Source: an uncultured delta proteobacterium (GTDB lineage Bacteria; Myxococcota_A; Polyangia; Polyangiales; Polyangiaceae). Taken from it: a stretch of 64,000 nucleotides of DNA. Shown one piece after another: positions 54,395 through 64,000 of the stretch (positions are counted from its first letter, which is position 1; every line of letters starts with the position of its first letter). The position numbers were made by a program, and so were the translations under genes. The notes under the pieces are model-generated. The model had not been told where the DNA came from, searched no databases, and saw only the letters and a list, made by a program, of their open reading frames with translations. Location of the stretch: the NCBI GenBank assembly GCA_963782055.1, contig CAWAIF010000003.1, positions 2,112,001-2,176,000 on the forward strand, given 5' to 3'.

Positions 54395-55492
54395 ATGTCC
54401 AACGGAAGGAAGCGCAACGGCGTAGAGCGTGCACAGCGCGCGCGGTGGGTCACCCCTTGCGTCCTCGCCTGCGCGGCGGGCCTGGTGTGCCTCGCGTGGG
54501 CCTGCGGCGGCGACGACACGTCGACGCCGGCGGACGCCGGGCCTGACGTCACCGGTGGGGACGCGCCCGGGCCGGAGGCCGGCGCCGACGCGTCCGACGC
54601 GGGGGCCGACGCCTCGACGCCCGCCTGCGACACGACCGCCGCGTTCGGCGTGGCGGCGCCGGTGACCGAGCTGGACGGTCCGGCGGACGAGGTGGGCGCG
54701 CGCCTCTCGTCGGACGGCCTCACGGTGTACTTCTCGAGCGATCGGGCGTTCGACGGCGGCATACTGGGTCCTCCCTTCACCTCGTCCATCTTGCGCCTGT
54801 ACCGCGCCACGCGCTCGGCGGTGGGTCAGCCCTTCGGCGCGCCCGTCCCCGCCGACGACCTCGACTCCGACGCGGGGGAGGGCTTCGCCTCGCTCTCGAC
54901 CGACGGCCTGACGGTCTATCTCGCGTCCCTGCGGGGCGATCCGAACCACGCGCACCTCTACGTCGCCACGCGCGCGGCCCCCGCCGATCCCTTCGGCACC
55001 CCGACGAGCGTGGCGAGCCTCGAGCTCGCGGGGACCTCGGACGACCAGCCGTATCTGACGGCGGACCAATCCGCCGTCTACTTCGCCTCCGGACGCACAC
55101 TGGACGCCGGCTTCGCGGGCTTCCACGTGTACCGGTCGGCGATCGACGACGCGGGCGTCGCGGCCGCGCCCGAGCGGGTCGCCGCGGCCTACGATCCCGA
55201 CGCGGGGCCGGACGTGAGCTTCGCTCCCGTCGTCACGGCGGACGACCTCACGCTCTACTTCGCCGCGCCTGCCAAGGGTGGGGGAGGGGGAGGCCACGAC
55301 ATCTGGCGGGCGACGCGCGCGACGCGCTCGGACCCGTTCGCCGCGGCCGCGCCGGTCACGGAGCTCTCCACCACCGACGTCGAGATGCCCTCCTACATCA
55401 CGCCGGACGGCTGCACGCTCTACTTCTACAGCAACCGGTCCGGCGGCTCGGGCGGCTGGGACATCTACCGCGCGAGCAAGCCCGCCAAGTGA
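54395..55492 (+). CDS. Lipoprotein with PD40 (TolB-like beta-propeller) repeats
   Basis: LAWAC lipobox; five repeats such as LSSDGLTVYFSSDR and ITPDGCTLYFYSNR..GG.DIY; AGGAGG SD. Confidence 0.85.
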   Translation: MSNGRKRNGVERAQRARWVTPCVLACAAGLVCLAWACGGDDTSTPADAGPDVTGGDAPGPEAGADASDAGADASTPACDTTAAFGVAAPVTELDGPADEVGARLSSDGLTVYFSSDRAFDGGILGPPFTSSILRLYRATRSAVGQPFGAPVPADDLDSDAGEGFASLSTDGLTVYLASLRGDPNHAHLYVATRAAPADPFGTPTSVASLELAGTSDDQPYLTADQSAVYFASGRTLDAGFAGFHVYRSAIDDAGVAAAPERVAAAYDPDAGPDVSFAPVVTADDLTLYFAAPAKGGGGGGHDIWRATRATRSDPFAAAAPVTELSTTDVEMPSYITPDGCTLYFYSNRSGGSGGWDIYRASKPAK

Positions 55493-55537
55493 CGCTCGCG
55501 CTTCCATGGCGCCGCGCTTTGACCTAGAAGTTGGGCG

Positions 55538-56389
55538 ATGACCTGGTCGATCGAAGGCAAGCGCGTCCTCGTCACCGGCGCGAGCCGCGGCATCGGGCGC
55601 ACCACAGTCCTCGCGCTCGCGAAGCAGAACGCGGACCTCGGCCTCCTGGTGCGCAACCGGGAGCTCGGCGAGAAGGTGGTCGAGGAGATCCGCGCGCTGG
55701 GCGGGAAGGGCAAGGCGGACCTCTTCGTGGCCGACCTCTCCTCGCAGAGGGAGGTGCGCCGCGTCGCCGCGGAGATCCAGGCGAAGTACGAGCGGCTGGA
55801 CGTGCTGATCAACAACGCAGGCGCCATCTTCATGGACCGCCGGCTCACCGCCGATGGTCTGGAGATGACCTTCGCGCTCAACCACCTCGCCTACTTCCTG
55901 CTGACGAAGCTGCTGCTCGACCTGCTGAAGAAGAGCGCGCCGGCGCGCATCGTCAACGTGGCGTCCACCGCGCACCGCGGGGCGAAGATCCAGTTCGACG
56001 ACCTGATGTCGGAGAAGGGGTTCCGCGGCTTCGGCGCGTACGGTCAGTCCAAGCTCGCCAACATCCTCTTCACGCTGGAGCTGTCCAAGCGCCTGGAGGG
56101 GACGGGGGTCACCGTCAACGCGCTCCACCCCGGCGTCATCGCCAGCCAGTTCGGACGCAACAACAAGGCGTTCGGCGTGCTGATGCGCCTGGGCGCGCCC
56201 TTCCTCTCCAGCGAGGAGAGCGGCGCCAAGACCACGGTGTACCTGGCCACCTCGCCGGACGTGGAGGGCGTCACCGGCAAGTACTTCCGCCGCTCGCGCG
56301 AGGCCATCCCCAGCGCGGAGGCGGAGGACGCCGCCGTCGCCAAGCGGCTGTGGGAGGTGAGCGAGGAGCTGGTGGCCGGCACCGCGTGA
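55538..56389 (+). CDS. Short-chain dehydrogenase (retinol dehydrogenase-like)
   Basis: TGASRGIG, NNAG, NHL, YGQSKLAN, LHPG. Confidence 0.92.
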   Translation: MTWSIEGKRVLVTGASRGIGRTTVLALAKQNADLGLLVRNRELGEKVVEEIRALGGKGKADLFVADLSSQREVRRVAAEIQAKYERLDVLINNAGAIFMDRRLTADGLEMTFALNHLAYFLLTKLLLDLLKKSAPARIVNVASTAHRGAKIQFDDLMSEKGFRGFGAYGQSKLANILFTLELSKRLEGTGVTVNALHPGVIASQFGRNNKAFGVLMRLGAPFLSSEESGAKTTVYLATSPDVEGVTGKYFRRSREAIPSAEAEDAAVAKRLWEVSEELVAGTA

Positions 56390-56448
56390 GCGCCGCCGTG
56401 AATTTCGGCGCCTCCGCGCCGCCCGCGGTGGTCTAAGATGGCGGCCTG

Positions 56449-56988
56449 GTGAACGAGTCCGACCCGGTGATCGTGGTGCCCTACGACCCCGCGTGGGCGT
56501 CCGCCTTCCAGCACGAGAAGGCGCGCCTGGACAGGGTGCTCGGCGCTCGCGCCCTCGGCATCGAGCACATCGGGAGCACCGCGGTGCCTGGGCTCGCCGC
56601 CAAGCCGGTGATCGACTTCCTCGTCGGTATGGCGTCGATGGAGGCGGCGGACGCGGCGATCCCGCTGCTGGAGGCCGACGGCTGGATCTTCCCGCCCGAC
56701 ATGAACGAGCGGATCGGCGACAGGCGCTACCTCAAGCGCGTGAAGGACGGCGTGCGCACCCACCACCTCCATCTGGTCGTGTACGACGCGCCCATGTGGC
56801 GAGAGTACCTCTTCTTCCGCGACAAGCTCCGCGCCCACCCGGAGCTGCGCGTCCGCTACGAGGAGCTGAAGCGGGAGCTCGCGAGCAAGTACCGCGAGGA
56901 GCGCCCGACGTACACGTCGTCGAAGACCAGCTTCGTGAAGGAGGTGCTCGGCCTCCCGCCCGATTCTCACCCCATCGCCCGGCACTGA
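56449..56988 (+). CDS. GrpB family protein
   Basis: YDPAW, IEHIGSTAVPGLAAKPVID, FRDKLR, Y..LK..LA, YT..K..FV. Confidence 0.92.
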   Translation: MNESDPVIVVPYDPAWASAFQHEKARLDRVLGARALGIEHIGSTAVPGLAAKPVIDFLVGMASMEAADAAIPLLEADGWIFPPDMNERIGDRRYLKRVKDGVRTHHLHLVVYDAPMWREYLFFRDKLRAHPELRVRYEELKRELASKYREERPTYTSSKTSFVKEVLGLPPDSHPIARH

Positions 56989-56996
56989 CCGGACCT

Positions 56997-58625
56997 TCAG
57001 ACGCTGATCGCGCCTTTGCGGAAGTCGCTCTTGGCGATCTTCACGTTCACGCAGGCGGGGACCTTCGCCGCGAAGGCGGCGTCCAGCGCCGGGCCCAGAT
57101 CGGCGAGCTTGTCGACGTAGACGCCGAAGCCGCCGACGGCCTCGACCACCCGCTCGTAGCGCGTGTAGTCCAGCCCGGTGGCGACGGCGCGCTCCTCGCC
57201 GTAGAGCTCCACCTGACCGCGGCGGATCTGCGTCCAGCCGGCGTCGTTGCCGATCACCGCCACCACCGGGATCTTCTGGCGGACCATCGCCTCGAACTCC
57301 AGGCCGTGGAGGCCGAAGCTCCCGTCGCCGTAGACGAGCACGACGCGCGCGTCGGGGCGCGCCAGCTTGGCGGCGATGGCGTAGCCGGGGCCGACGCCCA
57401 GGGTGCCGAGCGGGCCGGGGTCCATCCAGAGCTGCGGCCACTCCAGCTTGAGCACGTACGCGGCGGTCGCCACGAAGTCGCCGCCGTCACCGATGACGAT
57501 GTCGTTCTTGCCCAGCCGCTTGCCCAGCTCCGCGCACACGCGCAGCGGGTTGGGCGGGTCGGAGTCCGACTCGATCTCCGCGCGCATCTTCTCTCGCCGC
57601 TTCTGCTCCTCGGCGCGGATGGTGGCGAGCCACTCCGGCGCCTTCTTGGCGGGCAGGCCCACCAGGAGCTGCTCGAGCACGAGGCCGGAGTCGCCGTGGA
57701 TGGCGACGTCCACCTTGCGGTTGCGGCCGAGCTCCGCGCCGTCCAGGTCGACCTGCACCACCTTCGCGCCGGCGATGGATCGGCCGTAGTCCAGCCGGAA
57801 GTCGAAGGGCGTGCCGAAGACGAAGACGAGGTCCGCCTTCGCGAGCGCGGTGCGCCGCGAGCGGGCGAAGAGGCTCGGGTGCGCGTAGGGCAGCGCGCCG
57901 CGCGCCATGCCGTTGAGGTAGAAGGGCACCTCGTAGGCGTCGGCCGCGCGGCGGACGGCGGTCGCCATCGACGGCGACCAGCGGATCTGCGTGCCGACGA
58001 GGAAGACGGGCCGCTCCGCCTCGCCGAGCATCGCCGCGGCCTTCGCGACCTGCGTCGGGTCGCCCGCGGGACGCGGCGGCGCCTCCTGCGGGGCGGTGGC
58101 CGGCAGCTCGGCCTCGTCGTGCATGTTCATCAGCAGGTCGAGCGGCATCTCCAGGAAGACCGGGCCGGGCACGCCGGACTGCGCGATGCGCATCGCCGAA
58201 TCGATGTATTCTGCAATCCTCCGCGTCTCCGGGACCTGCACGCTCCACTTGGTGATGGGGCGCATGAGCGAGACGCAGTCCATGTCCTGCAGGGAGCCCA
58301 TGTCGGTGAGGGCACGCGGGCCGGCGCCGCCGATGCACACCATCGGGATGCCGGCGCGCTGGGCGTTGGCGATCGCGGTGACCACGTCGGTCACGCCCGG
58401 GCCGGCGGTGACGGCGCACACGCCCGGCTTGCCCGTGACGCGCGCGTAGGCGTCCGCCGCGTGCCCGGCGGTCTGCTCGTGGCGCACGTCGACGACGCCG
58501 ATGCCCTCGTCGATGCAGCCGTCGTAGATGGCCTGGATGTGCCCGCCGCAGAGGGTGAACAGGTGCGTGATGCCGTGTCGCTTGAGCGCCTGGGCGACGA
58601 GGCGCCCGCCGTGGACGTATGCCAT
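56997..58625 (-). CDS. ThDP-dependent enzyme, acetolactate synthase-like (ILVBL / 2-hydroxyacyl-CoA lyase-like)
   Basis: FTLCGGHI, VRHEQ, TAGPG, DGGDFV, DPGPLGTLGVG, GDGSFG...NDAGWTQI. Confidence 0.88.
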   Translation of the reverse strand: MAYVHGGRLVAQALKRHGITHLFTLCGGHIQAIYDGCIDEGIGVVDVRHEQTAGHAADAYARVTGKPGVCAVTAGPGVTDVVTAIANAQRAGIPMVCIGGAGPRALTDMGSLQDMDCVSLMRPITKWSVQVPETRRIAEYIDSAMRIAQSGVPGPVFLEMPLDLLMNMHDEAELPATAPQEAPPRPAGDPTQVAKAAAMLGEAERPVFLVGTQIRWSPSMATAVRRAADAYEVPFYLNGMARGALPYAHPSLFARSRRTALAKADLVFVFGTPFDFRLDYGRSIAGAKVVQVDLDGAELGRNRKVDVAIHGDSGLVLEQLLVGLPAKKAPEWLATIRAEEQKRREKMRAEIESDSDPPNPLRVCAELGKRLGKNDIVIGDGGDFVATAAYVLKLEWPQLWMDPGPLGTLGVGPGYAIAAKLARPDARVVLVYGDGSFGLHGLEFEAMVRQKIPVVAVIGNDAGWTQIRRGQVELYGEERAVATGLDYTRYERVVEAVGGFGVYVDKLADLGPALDAAFAAKVPACVNVKIAKSDFRKGAISV

Positions 58626-58630
58626 GGGCG

Positions 58631-59098
58631 CTACGATACTCGATCTGCCCCCGGAGTAGTCCCCCGCGGCCGCGAGGCGATCGCGGTGATCGCCGCGCCG
58701 ACCGGGTAGGCCACCAGGCCGCCCGTCAGCAGCCGCGTGACGTGCCAGACGGGGTGGATGCCCATCTCCTGCGTGACCAGCTCCACCATGAGCAGGGCGA
58801 GGGCGCCGAGCACCCAGGCCCACATCCACTTCGGTCCGCGGTAGGGCGCGCCGATCACCAGGCCCAGCCCCATGCCCAGATCGATCCCCGCGCAGCGCGA
58901 GCACATGGGCATGAGCTCGCCGAGCACCCGCAGCGTGCGAGCGGGGATGCGGTGGCACGTCAGCGACCACGGCCAGCCGATGGCGTCGGCCGCGCCCGCC
59001 GCGCCGAAGTGGCGCAGCACCGGCGGGACGAAGGGCCAGAGGAGCACCAGCACGCCGATCGCGCGGGGGAGGTTGCGCAGGAGCGCGCCCGCCTTCAT
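58631..59098 (-). CDS. DUF2085-like membrane protein
   Basis: CHRIPART...MPMCSRCAGI and RLLTG motifs; several TM segments. Confidence 0.75.
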   Translation of the reverse strand: MKAGALLRNLPRAIGVLVLLWPFVPPVLRHFGAAGAADAIGWPWSLTCHRIPARTLRVLGELMPMCSRCAGIDLGMGLGLVIGAPYRGPKWMWAWVLGALALLMVELVTQEMGIHPVWHVTRLLTGGLVAYPVGAAITAIASRPRGTTPGADRVS

Positions 59099-60120
59099 CT
59101 CGTGGGCACCACGATCGCGCCGGCGATCACCTTCGCGCGCAGCGCCTCCACCTGCGCGACGACCTCCTTCGGCAGGCCGGCCGCGTGTGGCCCCTCGTGG
59201 ACCCAGTCGACGCCGTGCTCGGCGAGGCCGAGCGGCCGCACGCCGCCGTGGAAGCGGTGCTCCACCACGCTCTTGATCGCCTCGAAGACCGCCACGTCCA
59301 CGCGCTTGACCATGCTGGTGACCACCACGCCGGGCATCTCGTCGTGCTGGTCGGCGTCGACGCCGATGGCGAGCGCGCCGCCGCTCTTGGCGCCCTCGAA
59401 GACGCCGTGGCCGGTGGCGCCGGAGGCGTGGAAGATGACGTCGGCGCCGGCGGCGATCTCCGAGACGGCCAGGAGCTTGCCCTTGGCGGGGTCCTTGAAG
59501 GCGTCGGGCGTGGCGCCGGCGTACGCCGCGTGCACCACGCACCCGGCGCAGGTGGCGTGGACGCCCGCGGTGTAGCCCGCCTCGAACTTGCGGATGAGCG
59601 GGATGGTCATGCCCCCCACGAAGCCGACGTGGTGCGACTTGCTGAGCAGGCCGGCGGCGGCGCCCACCAGGAAGGACCCCTCCTCCTCCCGGAAGACCAG
59701 GCCGAGCACGTTGGGCGGCGCGACCTCCTTGCCCGGCGCGTAGTCCACGCAGGCGAAGTGCACGCCGGGATAGCTGCGGGCGACGGCGTCCACGTCGCTG
59801 GAGAAGATGAAGCCGACGCCGATGACCAGGTCCATCCCGCGCGCGGCGAAGAGGCGGAGCGCGGCCTCGCGGTCCTCCGCGCCGCCGGGCTCCAGGTACT
59901 CGCCCTCCACGCCCAGCTCGCGCTCGGCACGCATCAGGCCCTCGTAGGCGGAGTCGTTGAAGCTCTTGTCTCCGCGCCCCCCCACGTCGAACACCAGCCC
60001 GATGCGGGCGGCCGGTCGCCCCTCGCGGGACGCGTGCTCGTGCCTGCCGTGGCGCGCCGGGAGGAAGGCCACGAGCACGGCCACCGCCGCCAGCACCAGG
60101 GCGATGCCGCGCGGGGTCAC
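59095..60120 (-). CDS. BMP family substrate-binding protein
   Basis: DVGGRGDKSFN, FREEEGSFLVG, GADVIF, AIGVDADQ, TSMVKRVD. Confidence 0.9.
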   Translation of the reverse strand: MTPRGIALVLAAVAVLVAFLPARHGRHEHASREGRPAARIGLVFDVGGRGDKSFNDSAYEGLMRAERELGVEGEYLEPGGAEDREAALRLFAARGMDLVIGVGFIFSSDVDAVARSYPGVHFACVDYAPGKEVAPPNVLGLVFREEEGSFLVGAAAGLLSKSHHVGFVGGMTIPLIRKFEAGYTAGVHATCAGCVVHAAYAGATPDAFKDPAKGKLLAVSEIAAGADVIFHASGATGHGVFEGAKSGGALAIGVDADQHDEMPGVVVTSMVKRVDVAVFEAIKSVVEHRFHGGVRPLGLAEHGVDWVHEGPHAAGLPKEVVAQVEALRAKVIAGAIVVPTR

Positions 60121-61121
60121 GGGGCGGCCTCGCCGCCCTTCTCCTCGGCCGGCGCCAGTCCGCGGCCGTCGCCGTGGGCGTCCACCTCGATGAAGATCTT
60201 CCGCATCTGCGGGAGCTTCTTGCGGATGCGCCGCTCGATCTCGTTGGTCACGTCCTCCACCACCTCGACGGTCGTCTCCGGCGCGAAGGCGAGCTTCAGC
60301 GCCAGGATGACGACGTCCGGCCCGAGGTGGACGGAGAGCACCTGCGTGACGCGCTCGACGCCCTCGGTGCCCTCGCACAGCGCGACGACCTCGGCGTGGT
60401 CCTCCGGCGAGGCGCTCTTGCCGATGAGCAGGCCGTGGGTCACCCACGCGAGGGTGACCGCCACGACCGCGAGCAGCCCCCCGATGAGCAGGCTGCCGAG
60501 CGCGTCCCAGAACGCTTGACCCGTCAAGCCTCGCAGGACGACCGCCGTCAGCGCGAGGGCCAGGCCGACCAGCGCGGTGGTGTCCTCGGCGAGGACGAGG
60601 GGGATGGTGGGGTCGCGCGCCTCCAGGAAGGCCTCGCGCAGGGGCCGCCCCTTGGCGAGCACGCGGAACTCGCGGAAGGCGACGCGGAAGCTCAGCGCCT
60701 CGAAGAAGAAGGAGGTGCCGAGCACGGCGTAGTTGAGCACGTTGGAGGAGAAATGCAGGTGAACGCCCAGCACCGTGTGGTCGATCATCCGCAGGGGCTC
60801 CTCGTGGTGCCCGAGGAGGTGGTGCAGCCCCTCGTACATGGCGAAGGCGCCGCCGACGGAGAAGAGGATGAGCGCCACGACGAACGGCCAGAAGTAGAGC
60901 TCGCTGGCCCTCCCGAACGGGTAGCGGTCGTCGGCGGGGCGCGCGGCGAGCGCCAGCCCCACGAGCAGCAGCGCCTCGTTGCCGGAGTCCGCCACCGAGT
61001 GGACGGCCTCCGCGAGCGTGGCCGGGGAGCCCGAGGCGAGCGCCGCCGTGAACTTGCAGGCCGCGATGGCCAGGTTGCCGGCGAGCGCGGCGACGACGAC
61101 CTTCCGACTGTCGGCACTCAT
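60117..61121 (-). CDS. Cation diffusion facilitator (CDF) transporter
   Basis: AL.GNL.IA..KF, AEAVHSVAD, YPFG, ED..AL, DALGS, IFIE. Confidence 0.9.
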   Translation of the reverse strand: MSADSRKVVVAALAGNLAIAACKFTAALASGSPATLAEAVHSVADSGNEALLLVGLALAARPADDRYPFGRASELYFWPFVVALILFSVGGAFAMYEGLHHLLGHHEEPLRMIDHTVLGVHLHFSSNVLNYAVLGTSFFFEALSFRVAFREFRVLAKGRPLREAFLEARDPTIPLVLAEDTTALVGLALALTAVVLRGLTGQAFWDALGSLLIGGLLAVVAVTLAWVTHGLLIGKSASPEDHAEVVALCEGTEGVERVTQVLSVHLGPDVVILALKLAFAPETTVEVVEDVTNEIERRIRKKLPQMRKIFIEVDAHGDGRGLAPAEEKGGEAAP

Positions 61122-61136
61122 GGGAAGGGAGCGACT

Positions 61137-64000
61137 CTATCCCGCCTCGCCGGGCGGCGCACCCCACTCGCGCGCGAGGGCGAGGGTGCGCGCGCTCTCG
61201 GGCACCCGGAGGAAGCTCGCCCGGAAGGACTCGTCGCCGATCTTGGCGGCGCGGGCCAGGAGCCGCTCCTTCGCCGCGGTGATGGCCGACCGCGCGGCGT
61301 CCTCCTGCCCGGCGGCGCGCAGCGTCTCGGCGTGCACCAGGCGGATGAGCGTCTCGCCGTCCTCGGCGCCGCCGTCGAGGAGCCGGTTGGCACCGTCCGC
61401 CTCCTCGGCGGCCTCGGCCGCGCGGCCCTGCGCCAGCAGCACCGAGGCCAGCACCGCGCGCGCCACGCCGAGCAAGGGCGGGTTGCCGCCGAGGAGTCGC
61501 ACCCCCGCGTGGGCCTCCACCTCCGCGGAGGCGAGGTCGCCGGAGATCATCTGCATCTGCGCGAGGTACGCCCGCGACGCCCCCTCGATGCGCGGGTCCT
61601 CGATGACGCGCGCGACGTCCACCGCCCGCCGCGTCGCCGCCATCCCCTCCTCGAGCCTGCCCTGGTTCTTGAGGACGTTGCCCAGGTTGTGCAGCGCGTA
61701 GGCCTCGAGCATCGGGATGCCGGAGCGGTGCGACTCCGCCAGCACGCTGCGCAGCGTCTGCTCGGCGCGCTCGAAGTCGCCGAGCTCCGCGTACGCGTAA
61801 CCCAGGTTGGTCCGGTGCGAGAACATGTTGCGCACCTTGCCGAGGCGCTCGAACGCGGCCAGGCACTTCTCCGTCCGCACCACGAACTCCCCGAGATCGC
61901 CCCGGCCCAGGGCGCGCATCGCCACCAGCCAGCTCACCCACCCGCGCACCTCGTCGTCCGGCGAGTCGAAGTGGTGCTGCAGCATGCTCGCGATGGCGGC
62001 GTCCGCCTCGGCGAAGCGGCCCGCCTCGAGGAGCTGCGTGCACCCCCGCGAGACGCAGATCGCCTGCGCGTTGATGGCGTCGGGTCTGGGCGCGGTGCGC
62101 ATCGCCAGCTCCACGTACGGGCCGGCGGCGTCGAAGTCGTGCATGTACGCGCACGCCGCGATGTACTCGCCCACGGCCACGAACCACGCGACGCCGCCCC
62201 TGGGATGTCCGGCGATCGCCTGGAGGCTGTGGGCCGCGGCGTCGGCGTAGTGGCCGCGCCACCGCTGCGCCTCGGCCGCCAGCCCGTGTGCCGCGGCGGC
62301 CGTCGGCGGTTCGGGCGAGAGCGAGACGCACCGCTCGGCCAGCTCCACCGCCCGCGCGAGGTCGTTGCCCTCCATCGCTTGCGCCGCGGCGCGCAGGAAG
62401 TGGGGCGCCGCGCGGGAGGGCTCGTCGCCCCGGAAGAAGTGCTCGGCGAGGGAGGCCGCGTCGGTCGTCCCGCGCGCCTCCAGGAACTCGCCGGCCAGCC
62501 GGTGACCGAGCCGGCGGTCGTCGCCGGTGAGCATGGCGTACGCCGCCTCCCGCACCAGCGCGTGGCGGAACGCGTGGTCGTCGTCGCCGGAGGTCACGAC
62601 CATCTCCAGCTCGTGCAGCTTCAGCAGCTCTCGCCGCACCGTCTCCGCCGCGTCGTCCCCGCCGAGGAGCACCGCGACGCCCTCGCGCGTGAAGCGTTCG
62701 CCGAAGACGCTCGCGCCGCGCAGGACCCGGCGCGCCTCCTCGTTGAGCGTCCCGAGGCGCGCCTGCAGGGTGCCCAGCACCGACTCCGGCAGCTCCGCCA
62801 GGCCCGCCTCGGCGGCGCGCAGCAGCTCCTCCAGGAAGAAGGGGTTGCCCTGCGCACGCTCCACGATGCGCGCGGCCGTCTCGGGGTCCACCGACGCGCC
62901 GGCGGCGGCGCGCACCAGCTTCTCCGCGGCGGTGCGCGAGAGCGGAGCGAGCGGCACGGTCGTCGCCCCGCGCTCCGACCAGAGGCGAGGGAAGATGTCG
63001 TCCACGTCCGGCCGCGCCAGGGCGAGCACGAAGAGCGGTCGCTCGGCGAGGTTGCGCAGCGCCGCGTCGACGAACCGCACCGTCGGCAGGTCCCCCCAGT
63101 GCATGTCCTCCAGCACCAGCACCACCGGCGCGGCGTCGCACTCCGCCGCGAGCCAGTCCTCGAAGGCGTCGCGCATCAGCTCGCCCATCAGCCGGGCGTC
63201 CTGCCGCGCGGCCCGGAGCTTCTCGCTCGTGTCGTCGGGGAAGGGCACGCCCGCGAGCTCGCCGAGCATCGCCGCGACGTGGCGCGCGCGCGCCGCGTCC
63301 TTCACGCCGGCGGCGACGGCCTCCACCTTGGCGCGCTGCGCCTCCGGCGTGTCCGCCGGGGTCACCCCCGCCCGCCGCCTCACGGCGTCCAGCAGCGGCC
63401 CGAAGGCGGCGCCCTGCCGCATGACGTCGCAGCGGCCGAAGAGGACGGTGGGCGGCTCGTCGCGCGAGGCCAGGCGCGTGAGCAGCTCGCGGCGCACGCG
63501 CGACTTGCCCACGCCAGCGTGGGCGGTGACGATCGCCACCACCGCCTGCGGGTCCGACTCGCTCTTCTCGTAGAGCCCCTCCAGCATCGCGAGCTCGCGA
63601 TCTCGACCCACGCAGTCGGTGGGCTTGCCGAGCAGGGTGCGACCCGCCGCGGCCTCCGTCCGTCCGACGAGCATCCACCCCCGCTCCCCGCGGGAGAGCG
63701 CGAAGCCTGCGAGCAGCCCTTCGCTGATGCCGTGCAGCCGGATGGCCGGGGCGCGTGCCTCGTTGACGGCCTGGGCGACCGCGTCGATCACCGCACCCAC
63801 CGGCGTGGCCTCGCCCACCACCCCCAGCCCCATGGCGATCGCCATCGGCGAATCAGGCAGCACCTCGCGCAGAGCCAGGGCACAGCGCGCCGCGCGCGGC
63901 GCCTGGTCGGTCGGGATGCCCGCGCCCTGGAAGCTGGCGATCGCCGAGCCGTCGGCGAGGAAGGCGAGCGAGCCGCCGTGAGCGCCGACGACCTCCTCCA
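61137..64000 (-). CDS. Large AAA-ATPase/TPR signalling protein (5' end beyond the window; probably carries an N-terminal Ser/Thr kinase)
   Basis: Frame is open to the window edge; cyclase-like segment LADGS...DQA.RAARCAL, CVGRDREL, GVGKSR Walker A, LEDMHWGD, GNPFFLEEL, FRHALVREAAY, C-terminal TPRs. The kinase domain is inferred, not seen. Confidence 0.85.
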   Translation of the reverse strand, partial: EEVVGAHGGSLAFLADGSAIASFQGAGIPTDQAPRAARCALALREVLPDSPMAIAMGLGVVGEATPVGAVIDAVAQAVNEARAPAIRLHGISEGLLAGFALSRGERGWMLVGRTEAAAGRTLLGKPTDCVGRDRELAMLEGLYEKSESDPQAVVAIVTAHAGVGKSRVRRELLTRLASRDEPPTVLFGRCDVMRQGAAFGPLLDAVRRRAGVTPADTPEAQRAKVEAVAAGVKDAARARHVAAMLGELAGVPFPDDTSEKLRAARQDARLMGELMRDAFEDWLAAECDAAPVVLVLEDMHWGDLPTVRFVDAALRNLAERPLFVLALARPDVDDIFPRLWSERGATTVPLAPLSRTAAEKLVRAAAGASVDPETAARIVERAQGNPFFLEELLRAAEAGLAELPESVLGTLQARLGTLNEEARRVLRGASVFGERFTREGVAVLLGGDDAAETVRRELLKLHELEMVVTSGDDDHAFRHALVREAAYAMLTGDDRRLGHRLAGEFLEARGTTDAASLAEHFFRGDEPSRAAPHFLRAAAQAMEGNDLARAVELAERCVSLSPEPPTAAAAHGLAAEAQRWRGHYADAAAHSLQAIAGHPRGGVAWFVAVGEYIAACAYMHDFDAAGPYVELAMRTAPRPDAINAQAICVSRGCTQLLEAGRFAEADAAIASMLQHHFDSPDDEVRGWVSWLVAMRALGRGDLGEFVVRTEKCLAAFERLGKVRNMFSHRTNLGYAYAELGDFERAEQTLRSVLAESHRSGIPMLEAYALHNLGNVLKNQGRLEEGMAATRRAVDVARVIEDPRIEGASRAYLAQMQMISGDLASAEVEAHAGVRLLGGNPPLLGVARAVLASVLLAQGRAAEAAEEADGANRLLDGGAEDGETLIRLVHAETLRAAGQEDAARSAITAAKERLLARAAKIGDESFRASFLRVPESARTLALAREWGAPPGEAG

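Overview
Very GC-rich bacterial chromosomal segment. The gene content (Cys-rich lipoproteins, an FHA-GAF sigma54 activator, a TPR-PEGA protein, an AAA-TPR signalling protein, a TonB-domain-fused receptor) suggests Myxococcota, probably Polyangiales; this is an inference. Housekeeping genes (pyk partial, lysA, gcvT/gcvH, metK, P-II, lemA, acs, lepB, gpsA, mutS2) are interspersed with many secreted proteins and lipoproteins. Main points: (1) a two-gene DUF262 + HipA-kinase cassette with atypical codon usage and no HipB antitoxin (48063-50853), a candidate undescribed defence or toxin-antitoxin system; (2) a nine-gene operon combining a PstS-like binding protein, an OprO/P-like porin, ExbBD-TonB, a TonB-dependent receptor and three lipoproteins, preceded by Pho-box-like 11-bp-spaced GTCAC repeats (18380-28118); (3) a complete IS1380-family element (10710-12364, TTGAA target duplication) splitting one of two IgGFc-binding-protein paralogs; (4) TAnnnT hexamers 6-9 nt before many SD-less start codons, suggesting leaderless mRNAs; (5) two frameshifted genes (a MATE transporter and a Cys-rich lipoprotein). 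No rRNA, tRNA or CRISPR array was seen. All family assignments come from motif recognition by eye, not database searches.
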